DNA from: Bdellovibrionales bacterium
GTDB lineage: Bacteria; Bdellovibrionota; Bdellovibrionia; Bdellovibrionales; JAGQZY01
NCBI GenBank assembly: GCA_964229765.1
Contig: CAXREJ010000051.1
Span: 52,662 to 116,661 of the forward strand
Length of the DNA stretch: 64,000 nt
Reading direction: 5' to 3'
Below are positions 38,700 to 47,125 of the stretch, piece after piece. The stretch's first letter is position 1. Each line of letters begins with the position of its first letter. The translations under genes and the position numbers were made by a program. The notes beneath the pieces were generated by a model, which was given only the letters and a program-made list of their open reading frames with translations, made no database searches and was not told where the DNA came from.

Positions 38700-39869
38700 T
38701 TGCGTATCGTTTTTTTTCTTCTTTCTACATTCCTATTGATGGATACGGGTTTAGCCTTCCAAGCTCGTGTTCTACTCGGAGAACACGAAAAAGAAAAACT
38801 ATTGTTTGGAGCTTTACAAATTGAATGCAAACCTGTTGATGAAAGTCTTTGTTCTCTTCCTAAGTTGAATCTGTCTCAAGGAATATGGTCTTTAAGAGCT
38901 TTAAATGGTGAACTGTTAATAGAGAACCAAAATGAAAAATCAGTACAAAAGATGAAAGGTTCTCTTTTTGCCATGAAAGGCTCATTCACTCTGGATGGGC
39001 AAAAACTGGAGCGTGTGGATTTACAGGTTCAACAAGGAAAGTCCAATTGGATTTTATACCTTCCGGTAGATCAATATCTTTACGGTGTGCTCGCTGCAGA
39101 AGTTCCCGCTTCGTGGCCTCTTGAAGCTTTGAAAGCTCAAGCGATTGCATCGAGAACTTATTTTCTTTTTAAAAAACAAGAGCGACAGCATGAACTTTTT
39201 GATGTTCATTCAAATACCATGGATCAGGTTTTTAAAATGGATGCTAAAAAGCATCGAAAAATTTTAAAAGCCGTTGATAGCACTCACAATCAGATTTTAT
39301 TATCTCGAAAAGAAGGAGCTATATTTCCGGCTTACTTTCACGCTGATTGTGGTGGTGGAACCAGTCAAGAAGATGTTGTTTGGAGAGAACCAACAGCTTT
39401 AAACGTTGAGGTCAAAGACCCCTTTTGCCAGTCCGCTTCAAAAAATAATTGGTCATTGTTTGTGGACAGGGTGAAGTTGACTAATTTGTTGAAGAAGACG
39501 TTTTTGCTTCCTTTGGGGGTTCACTTAAAGTCAATTTTACCTCGGTTGGGTGAGCAGAGTCGGGCCCATGTGGTCGATTTTCTTTTTTCCGACAATACGG
39601 TGAAGCGAATTGAGGCTAATGAATTTCGTCGTTTATTGGGTTTTTCCAGCTTGAGAAGCACGCACTTTGAAGTCAAAGACCATAAGAGTGTGATCGAGTT
39701 TGAGGGACGCGGATATGGTCATGGAGTGGGACTTTGTCAGTGGGGGGCTCAGAGATGGGCTCGCAAGGGGAAGTCTTATCGACAAATTTTAAAGCATTAT
39801 TATCCAAAGGCGCAGCTCAAGTCTCTGGATTCACAAATTATGAGTGCTTTTAACCCCGAAGTGTTCTGA
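38700..39869 (+). CDS. spoIID: SpoIID/LytB-domain protein (lytic transglycosylase / amidase enhancer family)
   Basis: TTG start and signal peptide. Motifs: YLYGVLAAEVPASWPLEALKAQAIASRTY, YFHADCGGGT and GYGHGVGLCQWGA. Confidence 0.85.
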   Translation: MRIVFFLLSTFLLMDTGLAFQARVLLGEHEKEKLLFGALQIECKPVDESLCSLPKLNLSQGIWSLRALNGELLIENQNEKSVQKMKGSLFAMKGSFTLDGQKLERVDLQVQQGKSNWILYLPVDQYLYGVLAAEVPASWPLEALKAQAIASRTYFLFKKQERQHELFDVHSNTMDQVFKMDAKKHRKILKAVDSTHNQILLSRKEGAIFPAYFHADCGGGTSQEDVVWREPTALNVEVKDPFCQSASKNNWSLFVDRVKLTNLLKKTFLLPLGVHLKSILPRLGEQSRAHVVDFLFSDNTVKRIEANEFRRLLGFSSLRSTHFEVKDHKSVIEFEGRGYGHGVGLCQWGAQRWARKGKSYRQILKHYYPKAQLKSLDSQIMSAFNPEVF

Positions 39870-39911
39870 TTTTTTAAGAGTTCGTCCTTAGACTCTTAAA
39901 CCTGTGCAAGA

Positions 39912-40032
39912 GGCTGTCGACCAACAGTCCTCTTCTGCGTTACTCAACTTCAGCTCTTATTCAATGTATGTGGTATACGCCTCATTTGATCTGAAGGTTT
40001 CGCACCTTGAATCTAACCATTTGGCGACTGCC
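39912..40032 (+). repeat. MITE-like repeat family A, copy A3
   Basis: Termini are ggctgtcgac ... ggcgactgcc (an imperfect TIR). The interior is self-complementary (cttcagctc / gatctgaag). Confidence 0.8.
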
Positions 40033-40193
40033 TTTACAAACACCAAAAAGGTTCAAGGCTCTAAAGTAAAGAATCTGAAAAATCGATGGACTCTGTTCTC
40101 GCTTTTTGCTTACTTATTAGGATTCTTGTAACTTTGTGTTGCGATGTGCGATGGGTACCTTGCTAATTAAAGTTTTTGTGTAACAATAATCTT

Positions 40194-41081
40194 ATGGCAC
40201 TAAAATATTGGGTGGATTTTTTTGACGATTTAAAAAATGTTCGAGGGCGATCGAAGAATACGATTTTAGCTTATCGACGTGATCTTGAAGTTTTTTCTGA
40301 GTTTTTAGAAACTCACCGAGATATTAATGGAATCTATCAGTATCTTAGTAAGCAGAAGCTTTCAAAGAGGTCACAAGCCCGAGTCATTAGTAGTATCCGT
40401 ACTTACTACAAATTTTGCCAAAGAATGGGGGAGAAAATTCCAGATCTTTCCCATCTAAGACCACCAAAGGTGGAAGCGAAAATGCCTTCAGCCCTAACAA
40501 TGGAAGAGTTCAATAAACTCAATGAGGCATCTCACGTGGATGATCCTTATAAATCAGCGAGAAACCATATTACATTGACTCTTTTGTTTGGATTAGGATG
40601 CCGTGTGACGGAACTGATCCAATTTAATCTTATGGATTTTAATGAATCCGATGCATGGATTAAAGTTAAGGGAAAGGGTGGTAAGGAAAGGTTAGTTCCT
40701 TTGACGGGACATCTTTTACAAGAGCTAAGAGTTTATTTAAGACAAGTTCGTCCCCATTTGGCGAAAGAGGGTGAGAATTCCATCCTCATTAACGATAGAG
40801 GTAAACGTCCTTCTCGTGTTGATATTTGGCGTTGGCTTGATGCTTGGTCAAAAAAAGCAGGCTTTGAAAAAACCATTCATCCACATCAATTCCGTCACGG
40901 CTGTGCCACGGCTCTCCTGGAGTCAGGAGCTGATTTAAGATCAATTCAAAAACTATTGGGACACTCCAGTATTCAGACCACTCAGATTTATACCAATGTG
41001 AGTACGAAGAAGATGCAAGAAACCATTGAAGAACATCATCCTCTTTCAGGGGTGAGCGATAATAGTACTAAGGATTTATAG
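40194..41081 (+). CDS. xerD: Tyrosine site-specific recombinase XerD/XerC type
   Basis: The N-terminal SAM-like domain carries NTILAYRRDLEVF. The catalytic region has GCRVTEL, HQFRHGCATALLESGADLRSIQKLLGHSSIQTTQIYTNV. The ATG at 40194 is preferred over the TTG at 40176. Confidence 0.85.
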   Translation: MALKYWVDFFDDLKNVRGRSKNTILAYRRDLEVFSEFLETHRDINGIYQYLSKQKLSKRSQARVISSIRTYYKFCQRMGEKIPDLSHLRPPKVEAKMPSALTMEEFNKLNEASHVDDPYKSARNHITLTLLFGLGCRVTELIQFNLMDFNESDAWIKVKGKGGKERLVPLTGHLLQELRVYLRQVRPHLAKEGENSILINDRGKRPSRVDIWRWLDAWSKKAGFEKTIHPHQFRHGCATALLESGADLRSIQKLLGHSSIQTTQIYTNVSTKKMQETIEEHHPLSGVSDNSTKDL

Positions 41082-41114
41082 ATTAAATTGGAAGTTTTCT
41101 TTAGCAAGTGAAAA

Positions 41115-42359
41115 TTAGGCAGCAAGGAAAAACTCTTTTTTAGTCACATCGATACGCACAAGATTTGCTAAAAGTGAAAAGCTGAGAATACCAGCCAGTC
41201 CTTCAATGTTAGAAAACCAGCCCGGTAAGAAATGGGGATGAGTGATCCATTGGTAGTTGTAAGCCTCTTCCAGCTCAAAAGCATCTTCAATGCTGAGTCG
41301 TCCGCTAAAGAGAAGATGACAAATATCCAGTCGATTGTGTTTCATGGCCCAACGAAAAAGAGTGTGAATGCTAAGTAGACCCTCTAGGTAAATACAGTCC
41401 TTGGTGAAAATAATATGTTTATCAGGAAAGCCGCCACGGAAAATTCTGTGAGTAGCGGCAAAACTTTCTTTCTCAGATTGATCTTTTGAAAGAAAGAACT
41501 CAAAAGTTTCTTGGAAGTTCGCTCCTTTTAAAGCTCGGTCGATCGCTAAAACCCGCAAGGCTAATCGTTTCAACCTATGGATATCCATGGCTCCAGTGAT
41601 AATTTCAGAAAAGGTCGCCAGACCCTCTTGTGTTTTTAAAGTTCTAAGGGATCCCCGTGACAAACATTTGAGTATGGGTTGTTTTTCACCATTCAAAGCC
41701 GTTAGGGCATGAGTCATGACCTCATGGTAAAAAAGCTGTTTAAAATCATAGGGTGTAAACTCTCCACCCGCTTGTAGTCGTATAAGTTTTGGAGTGGCGG
41801 TGGCTTTAGCTGTCAATCCTTCAGTAATGACTACACTCGGCCCTTCTCCTTTAAAAACACCTTCCACTCGTCTATCAATATAAGATTTAATATCTTCGGC
41901 GTGCACCTTGGTTTTAAAATCAGTGGGAAAAGGGGAGGAGAACTCCATTGCGATTTTCACAAGTTTTTCGGCTGCGTGGATTACATTTTTATTGGAGCCA
42001 GGAAGAATATCGTCAGGGACTCCAAATATTTTTTTTGATAATTCAGTAAAACTTTTTGTTCCTACGCTATGGTTAAGGTCGATAGCTGAGATATAACTTT
42101 TTATGGTTTTCTTTGTATAAGATTCCAGTGGGTTTTGTGCAGTAAAAGAAGAGGAGAGTTTTTTGAGCTCCTGTCTTTGTAATGAATAATCCACTTTTTG
42201 ATAAACAAAGTCGGGTGTCCATTTTTTGCCTAACTTGTAACATTTTAAAAACTGTTGCTCACTATGAGTCGGCCAAGAGATATTGCCGAGCAATTTAATT
42301 TTAGAGCCGATCGCCACCGCTTTTTCATTAATCGCTGTAAGCTTCTGAATGTTTCTCAT
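41115..42359 (-). CDS. DUF1704 / QEGLA-motif protein (MATCAP-like metallocarboxypeptidase family)
   Basis: 414 aa with YHEVMTHALTALNGEKQP (HExxxH-type) and TQEGLATFSE (QEGLA motif). Confidence 0.75.
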   Translation of the reverse strand: MRNIQKLTAINEKAVAIGSKIKLLGNISWPTHSEQQFLKCYKLGKKWTPDFVYQKVDYSLQRQELKKLSSSFTAQNPLESYTKKTIKSYISAIDLNHSVGTKSFTELSKKIFGVPDDILPGSNKNVIHAAEKLVKIAMEFSSPFPTDFKTKVHAEDIKSYIDRRVEGVFKGEGPSVVITEGLTAKATATPKLIRLQAGGEFTPYDFKQLFYHEVMTHALTALNGEKQPILKCLSRGSLRTLKTQEGLATFSEIITGAMDIHRLKRLALRVLAIDRALKGANFQETFEFFLSKDQSEKESFAATHRIFRGGFPDKHIIFTKDCIYLEGLLSIHTLFRWAMKHNRLDICHLLFSGRLSIEDAFELEEAYNYQWITHPHFLPGWFSNIEGLAGILSFSLLANLVRIDVTKKEFFLAA

Positions 42360-42365
42360 ACCAGA

Positions 42366-42593
42366 TTAATATCGGCTAAACCCCTCTAAAACTGTGGAGA
42401 AATATTCCAACAAGAAAACTCCCATCGAAAAGAGCATGACCCAGCTAGACCATAGACTATAGGAATAGAGTATAAAGACAGATCTGGATGTAAAAGGTTG
42501 GTTTATTGCAATCAGCTTGTTGATTATGAAAAGATTGAATTTAATCTTTTTGCGTAAGAAGTGAGAAAAACTGATACCAAAACCGAGTTTCAC
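42366..42593 (-). CDS. Possible small membrane protein upstream of the QEGLA gene
   Basis: 75 aa with a hydrophobic C-terminal half. Its stop lies 6 nt before the QEGLA start, which itself has no obvious SD. It could equally be a spurious ORF. Confidence 0.25.
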   Translation of the reverse strand: MKLGFGISFSHFLRKKIKFNLFIINKLIAINQPFTSRSVFILYSYSLWSSWVMLFSMGVFLLEYFSTVLEGFSRY

Positions 42594-42653
42594 ATAACCA
42601 CGTGCGGACTAAATAGAATTGATTTCTTACATCTTACGATTTAGTTTAAGTAC

Positions 42654-43307
42654 ATGGCGTTATCTATAAAACTGATTTTTTTGCTCCTGAGCTTCAGTGC
42701 TTTTTCTGAAGACATTTGTCAGAACTGGTTTCAATCAGGTAAAATAAAGCAAACATCAAAAAATTGCCTCATTGAATGTGCTTCTTTAAGTACTGATATG
42801 AGCACTTTCCACTGCCCCAATGAATGTGATTATTTTTGTCAATCGCCACTAAAAGAAAAGCTTCTTTTTAAATATGTCTATTATCCAGCGTTAACTAAAT
42901 CTGAAAAAGCTCTGATTGCAAAATATCCACAAAAAGCCTACCTTGTTTATCAGCAAAAGATTATTGCTGAAGGTAGAACAGATCTGTATTTCCCTAAAGG
43001 GTTCGTCAACGATGAAAGTGATGCTTTTAGACATTTTTTATGGGCAAGCTTACTCACAAAAGAACTCGGGGCTGACATGGCTCAGAAATTTCTTGATGCC
43101 CATGAAAACAACTCCTACCAATCGGAAGAGGAAAAAGCAATGGATCTAGCAAACAACCGCGCTGGGCTCCTTGAAGCAAAACGATTGCAAGAATCTAAGG
43201 GCCTTAGTCTTACTGAGATTGAAAAGTCTGCTCTAAAATATTTAAGGGAACAAAAACTCATAATTTTGAATAAAAGACTCAAAGTTCCTACTGGAGTAAA
43301 AGAATGA
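42654..43307 (+). CDS. Secreted Cys-rich hypothetical protein
   Basis: 217 aa with signal peptide (LLLSFSAFS|E) and an N-terminal 6-Cys module. A helical domain follows with DAFRHFLWASLL...AHE...MDLANNRAG. Confidence 0.6.
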   Translation: MALSIKLIFLLLSFSAFSEDICQNWFQSGKIKQTSKNCLIECASLSTDMSTFHCPNECDYFCQSPLKEKLLFKYVYYPALTKSEKALIAKYPQKAYLVYQQKIIAEGRTDLYFPKGFVNDESDAFRHFLWASLLTKELGADMAQKFLDAHENNSYQSEEEKAMDLANNRAGLLEAKRLQESKGLSLTEIEKSALKYLREQKLIILNKRLKVPTGVKE

Positions 43308-43714
43308 TACGACAATCCTTATTACTATCGCTCTGCTTATTACTTTCCAATATTTCCTACGGGCAAGATTATCTTAATCGCTATGAATATATGAGTTTAG
43401 AAAAAATCAAACAGAAATGGGGGCAAACTTTATTTGTAGCAAAAAAATTTAAGGTCGCTAGTGAAAATGAAAAAGCTAAAATGACCTATTCTCTTATTAA
43501 TAGTAAGAACTATATTGGTAAGCCTATCACAAATGTATTTACTGACCTTGGGCGCTCAACGGGTTATTTTTTTAGTGAATCTGTTCCAGCCTATATCATT
43601 GGAGATACCAATGAAAAACCTGATGAACTTTGGCAAATAGTCTTTCTTTTAGACAAAGATTCAAAAACAATTGCAGATGTTCGAGTTCAAAAAAAATGCT
43701 GCTACAAAAGATAA
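43304..43714 (+). CDS. Secreted hypothetical protein, coupled to the preceding gene
   Basis: 136 aa with an ATGA overlap and signal peptide (LLLSNISYG|Q). Confidence 0.6.
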   Translation: MIRQSLLLSLCLLLSNISYGQDYLNRYEYMSLEKIKQKWGQTLFVAKKFKVASENEKAKMTYSLINSKNYIGKPITNVFTDLGRSTGYFFSESVPAYIIGDTNEKPDELWQIVFLLDKDSKTIADVRVQKKCCYKR

Positions 43715-43773
43715 AAAGTTACCTTTTTTAGAGCACTACGGTCCGCATACTATATCAAATCCTAATCACCGAT

Positions 43774-44010
43774 ATTAAGAGTTTCGTAGAAACTCGTAGA
43801 TATTAAAAACTTAGACGTCCTAGGGGAGCGTGCGACCATTATAAATTGAAGGAAAAGTGGGAGGTGGTGAACAACTTCTCATTCCCATGGGGATTTGAAT
43901 TCCTCCACCACCGGCATTAAGAGTTTCGTAGAAACTCGTAGATATTAAAAACTTAGACGTCCTAGGGGAGCGTGCGACCATTATAATTGAAGGAAAAGTT
44001 GGAGGTGGTG
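43774..44010. repeat. Two direct copies of a ~96-bp unit (43774-43869 and 43916-44010; period 142 bp)
   Basis: attaagagtttcgtagaaactcgtagatattaaaaacttagacgtcctaggggagcgtgcgaccattataa(a)ttgaaggaaaagt.ggaggtggtg is present twice, near-identically. Each copy ends in the complement of the tRNA-Cys 3' end. Confidence 0.9.
43858..43912 (-). pseudogene. Degenerate tRNA-Cys remnant (acceptor stem plus T-arm-like hairpin only)
   Basis: The minus strand reads GGTGGTG-GAGGAATTCAAATCCCC-19 nt-CACCACCTCC. Positions 43889-43912 match the T-arm/acceptor segment of the true tRNA at 23 of 24 nt. The D and anticodon arms are missing. Confidence 0.6.
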
Positions 44011-44073
44011 GAGGAATTCGAATCCCCGTAGATGGATTTGCAGTCCACTGCCTAGCCGCTCGGCCACACCACC
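44000..44073 (-). tRNA. tRNA-Cys (GCA)
   Basis: The sequence GGTGGTGTGGCCGAGCGGCTAGGCAGTGGACTGCAAATCCATCTACGGGGATTCGAATTCCTCCACCACCTCCA folds as a cloverleaf. It has a 7-bp acceptor stem, anticodon loop CTGCAAA, T-loop TTCGAAT, discriminator U73 (a Cys identity element) and an encoded CCA. Confidence 0.93.
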
Positions 44074-44120
44074 CCAGTAGAAGAAAAGGATATTACGCGT
44101 TGTGAGTCTGGGTGGCAAGC

Positions 44121-45605
44121 TTACAGGGGTTGTCGCAAGGCAAAATCATCCAGCCGAAACCTTTCAAGCTGGTGAATGTCGTGAGCTGTCCAAAACTGAG
44201 CTTCTTCTAGGTATTTAGGTTCGATTTCGGCATTAAACTCAAGGTCTGCCAAAGTTCGAGCCACTCTAAATAGAGCATTTCGGCGCCTTAAACTACTGGA
44301 GTGTGGGATTAAGTCCAAATTAACGTTTTTTGAAAATTGCCTTTGGATCTGCTCAGAGGTTAGGCGTTGGTTTGCGTAATTTTGTGATCGGGACTTCTTT
44401 TGAAACTCTCTGACTTGTTCAAGATGCTCTTTGATATCACTGGTGGAGGTCTTGAGGTCCAACGGACTTCTTCTTGTTAAATGAAAAATGGCAAAACGAT
44501 CAAGGAAAGGGCCGGTGAGTTTATCCAAGTAGTTTCTGAGTCGAAGGCTAGAGCAGCGACATTCATAATTCTGTTGAGGTTGAAATTTCCCACAGGGGCA
44601 AAGGTTTGTTGTTGCGAGAATTAAGCATTGTGCAGGAAACTCAGCTCGTGTTCCCACTCGGGCAATATGAATTTTAGCTTTCTCCATTGGTTCTCTTAGA
44701 GCGCTTTGTACTTGCGGATGAAACTCAAGTAACTCATCGAGAATCAGTGCTCCTCCATGAGCAAATGAAATCTCACCAAACTGTAGTGGTCTTCCTCCAC
44801 CCACCATTGATACGGGAGTGATCGTGTGATGAGGTTGTACGATCGGTCGAGATCGCAATTCTCTTTGAGAAAGTTGCCAATATTTTTGCGCCTCTAAAAA
44901 AACTTTTTCTTCTGGGGGGCCTAGTATCTGGGCAACGTTTTCAACCATTGTTGTTTTACCACTGCCAGCGTGTCCGGCAATCAGTAGAGGGTGTTCTCCT
45001 AAAGCAACAATACTCATGAGTTTGGCTGTTTGCTGATCAAATGAAAAATCATTGTTCAAAATTCGTGGTTCGTATTGGAATTTTTGAGTTTGGGCAGAGA
45101 CAGTTGAGATGTTCTCATTAAAGTTCTTAAGCTGATCGAGCTGTAAAGTTTCAAAACGGTAAGGTGTAAGACTTTCTCCAGTTAATACTGTTTTTTCAAA
45201 CTTTTCAAAGCTTAGAAAATGAAGGTCTGGAGGGGCGAGAACTTCTCCTTTGAGAGATAGGGAACCATAACAATAATTTTGTGTAAAATCCCAGTGCTCT
45301 GAGGACAGTTGCTCAGAAGTAAAAAGTATTCCTAATGCAATAGCGAGGTCGAGACCTTGACTTGATTTTCTTAGATGATTGGGTTGCAGGTTCACTAAGA
45401 CTTGTTTGCCAGGTGGGATGCGAAAGCCTTGATGACGAAGGGCTGATAAGATCCTCTTGGAACTCTCTTTGATTAATTGATCAGGGAGTCCTAAGACTTG
45501 TATCTGAGAGACTCCTGGGACTAAGGCAACTTCTACACCAATGGGACGTAAACCAAAATCAGTTTTTACAAAAGATTTAATAAGCATGAACTCGACTAAG
45601 AGCAA
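44121..45605 (-). CDS. comM: YifB/ComM-family Mg-chelatase-like AAA+ ATPase
   Basis: Lon-protease-like N-terminal domain (GLPD...KESS.RI), Walker A AGHAGSGKTT, Walker B ALILDEL, and a C-terminal Mg-chelatase subunit ChlI-like region. Confidence 0.85.
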   Translation of the reverse strand: MLLVEFMLIKSFVKTDFGLRPIGVEVALVPGVSQIQVLGLPDQLIKESSKRILSALRHQGFRIPPGKQVLVNLQPNHLRKSSQGLDLAIALGILFTSEQLSSEHWDFTQNYCYGSLSLKGEVLAPPDLHFLSFEKFEKTVLTGESLTPYRFETLQLDQLKNFNENISTVSAQTQKFQYEPRILNNDFSFDQQTAKLMSIVALGEHPLLIAGHAGSGKTTMVENVAQILGPPEEKVFLEAQKYWQLSQRELRSRPIVQPHHTITPVSMVGGGRPLQFGEISFAHGGALILDELLEFHPQVQSALREPMEKAKIHIARVGTRAEFPAQCLILATTNLCPCGKFQPQQNYECRCSSLRLRNYLDKLTGPFLDRFAIFHLTRRSPLDLKTSTSDIKEHLEQVREFQKKSRSQNYANQRLTSEQIQRQFSKNVNLDLIPHSSSLRRRNALFRVARTLADLEFNAEIEPKYLEEAQFWTAHDIHQLERFRLDDFALRQPL

Positions 45606-45652
45606 AATAGAGTCTTAGTTATAAATAAGTCATTTTGGAGACTGGCAGTGGT

Positions 45653-46612
45653 TTAGATGAAATCCGTATCCGAAATAGGAAGTATTGGGTTTTCATTCAC
45701 TGGTTTTAGATATTTTTTCATTGTCTCAAGGCATTCGTTAAGAAACTGTGTTTCTACCGAAGAGAGATCAATTGTATGAGTGGAAAGAAAAAATAGTAAT
45801 AAAGGTTGGGTGTTTTGACTTTCTAGCGTTAATGTTAAACAACCGTGGAAACCAAAGTTTTTGCCAAAAATATAAAAGGGATTGTTCCAATTGGATTGGA
45901 TATCGTGAATGGCCTCAGCGCCAGGAGCAAAAGATCTCTCTTTTTTATTCATTTCTATAAGTTCATGGTCCACTTGCTTTGAGAAATCACTAAAAATAAG
46001 ACTTGTGTTGTTGGTAGTGGGTTCAATGCGTACAAGCTGATCATTAATTTTTTGGCAGGCAAAAGCGAGCTCGCAATTTTTAAATTGAGCAATTTCTTCT
46101 AAAAAAAGTGAAATGATAGCTTCAGGTTTAGGTTTGTTTGTGACTATAGTTAATAGGCGCTTTAAAATCGTATTGTGGGTATAAAGTGAATTGTATTCAG
46201 AATTTATTTTTTGCTTCATTTCCGAGTTTCTTACAAATGTGAAAAAATAGGGTTTCTTTTTGTGAGAAGCTATCTTGATAGTCATTTCGATGGGGATACG
46301 ATGTCCTGACTTATGAATTCCGGTTAAATCAAAAATTCGATCTTCTTTAATACGTCCTTTGTGAAAAGCTAAAATATTGGGGGAGGTAATTAATTGTGAG
46401 ATGCTCTTACCTAAAATTTCTTTTTGATTCCATCCAAAGAGTTTTTCAGCAGGAGTGTTCCAAAAATTGATAATGCCTTTATCACAAAAACCAATAAGGC
46501 TATCTGGAATCAGTTCAACTATTTTGCGATTATCAGATAAGGGGGTTCGCTCTTTCATAAATTTAAAGAGCAGATGACTCTCGCCGTCTCTATCCGAATT
46601 GTAATGAATCAT
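45653..46612 (-). CDS. PAS-domain sensor protein with an uncharacterised C-terminal half (GAF-like?)
   Basis: The N-terminal PAS pattern is IPDSLIGFCDKGIINFWNTPAEKLFGWNQKEILGKSISQLI. No output domain was recognised. Confidence 0.55.
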   Translation of the reverse strand: MIHYNSDRDGESHLLFKFMKERTPLSDNRKIVELIPDSLIGFCDKGIINFWNTPAEKLFGWNQKEILGKSISQLITSPNILAFHKGRIKEDRIFDLTGIHKSGHRIPIEMTIKIASHKKKPYFFTFVRNSEMKQKINSEYNSLYTHNTILKRLLTIVTNKPKPEAIISLFLEEIAQFKNCELAFACQKINDQLVRIEPTTNNTSLIFSDFSKQVDHELIEMNKKERSFAPGAEAIHDIQSNWNNPFYIFGKNFGFHGCLTLTLESQNTQPLLLFFLSTHTIDLSSVETQFLNECLETMKKYLKPVNENPILPISDTDFI

Positions 46613-46832
46613 ACCTTGCCTTATGTCCTATCGAGGTTGCTTGCTATTTCATAAACTATCGTACAGCTAGAAGAAATCAAAATGAGTTATATATTATTAT
46701 TTTAAAATACAAATTTTCAAAATGATTTTTGGTGCTATCGTTTAAATGTGTAGAAAACTAAATAATATTTATAGGAAAGTACATTTGTATTCTGTTCTTC
46801 TTTAAAAGTGAGTCGAATTTTTAAGCAAAATA

Positions 46833-46990
46833 GGGGCTATTGACAATTCATTGAGCTACTGTGACTTCAATCCCTTGCAAGCCACCTTATTCAATTGGCT
46901 TTGGCCACACCTTATAAAGTTCATCCTGCGCTTAACTCAAAATGACTGAGGGCTTGTATCCTCATTACGCAAATGAATAGTAAACAGCCC
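46833..46990. repeat. MITE-like repeat family B, shorter copy (B2)
   Basis: ggggctattgacaa ... aaacagcccc. It is collinear with 27134-27312 but lacks about 20 nt of the left arm. Confidence 0.75.
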
Positions 46991-47125
46991 CCAGTCTTTT
47001 TTTGTGACAGAAACTTAAATTCAAAAAAAAGAATTGTTTTTTGGCTGAAAAATTGAAGCCTATGGGGCAAAGTCCCTTGTTTTAAAATATTAATTAGTAG
47101 AAATATTGAAAGTTCAAGGGGGGGT

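Noticed and set aside
39904-40131. 75-aa ORF as a gene
   Set aside because: It is translated straight through MITE-like repeat A3, has no RBS and has low-complexity composition. It is almost certainly noncoding.
40194-41081. Tyrosine recombinase as the integrase of an island inserted at tRNA-Cys
   Set aside because: The N-terminal SAM-like domain and C-terminal motifs look like chromosomal XerD/XerC. It sits 3 kb from the tRNA with unrelated genes between, and no matching att repeats flank it. A link to the tRNA-proximal duplication cannot be fully excluded.
43774-44010. Direct repeats that might be a CRISPR array
   Set aside because: There are only two ~96-bp units with a 46-bp spacer that is itself a tRNA fragment. 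The repeat size and architecture are wrong for CRISPR, and no cas genes are in the window.
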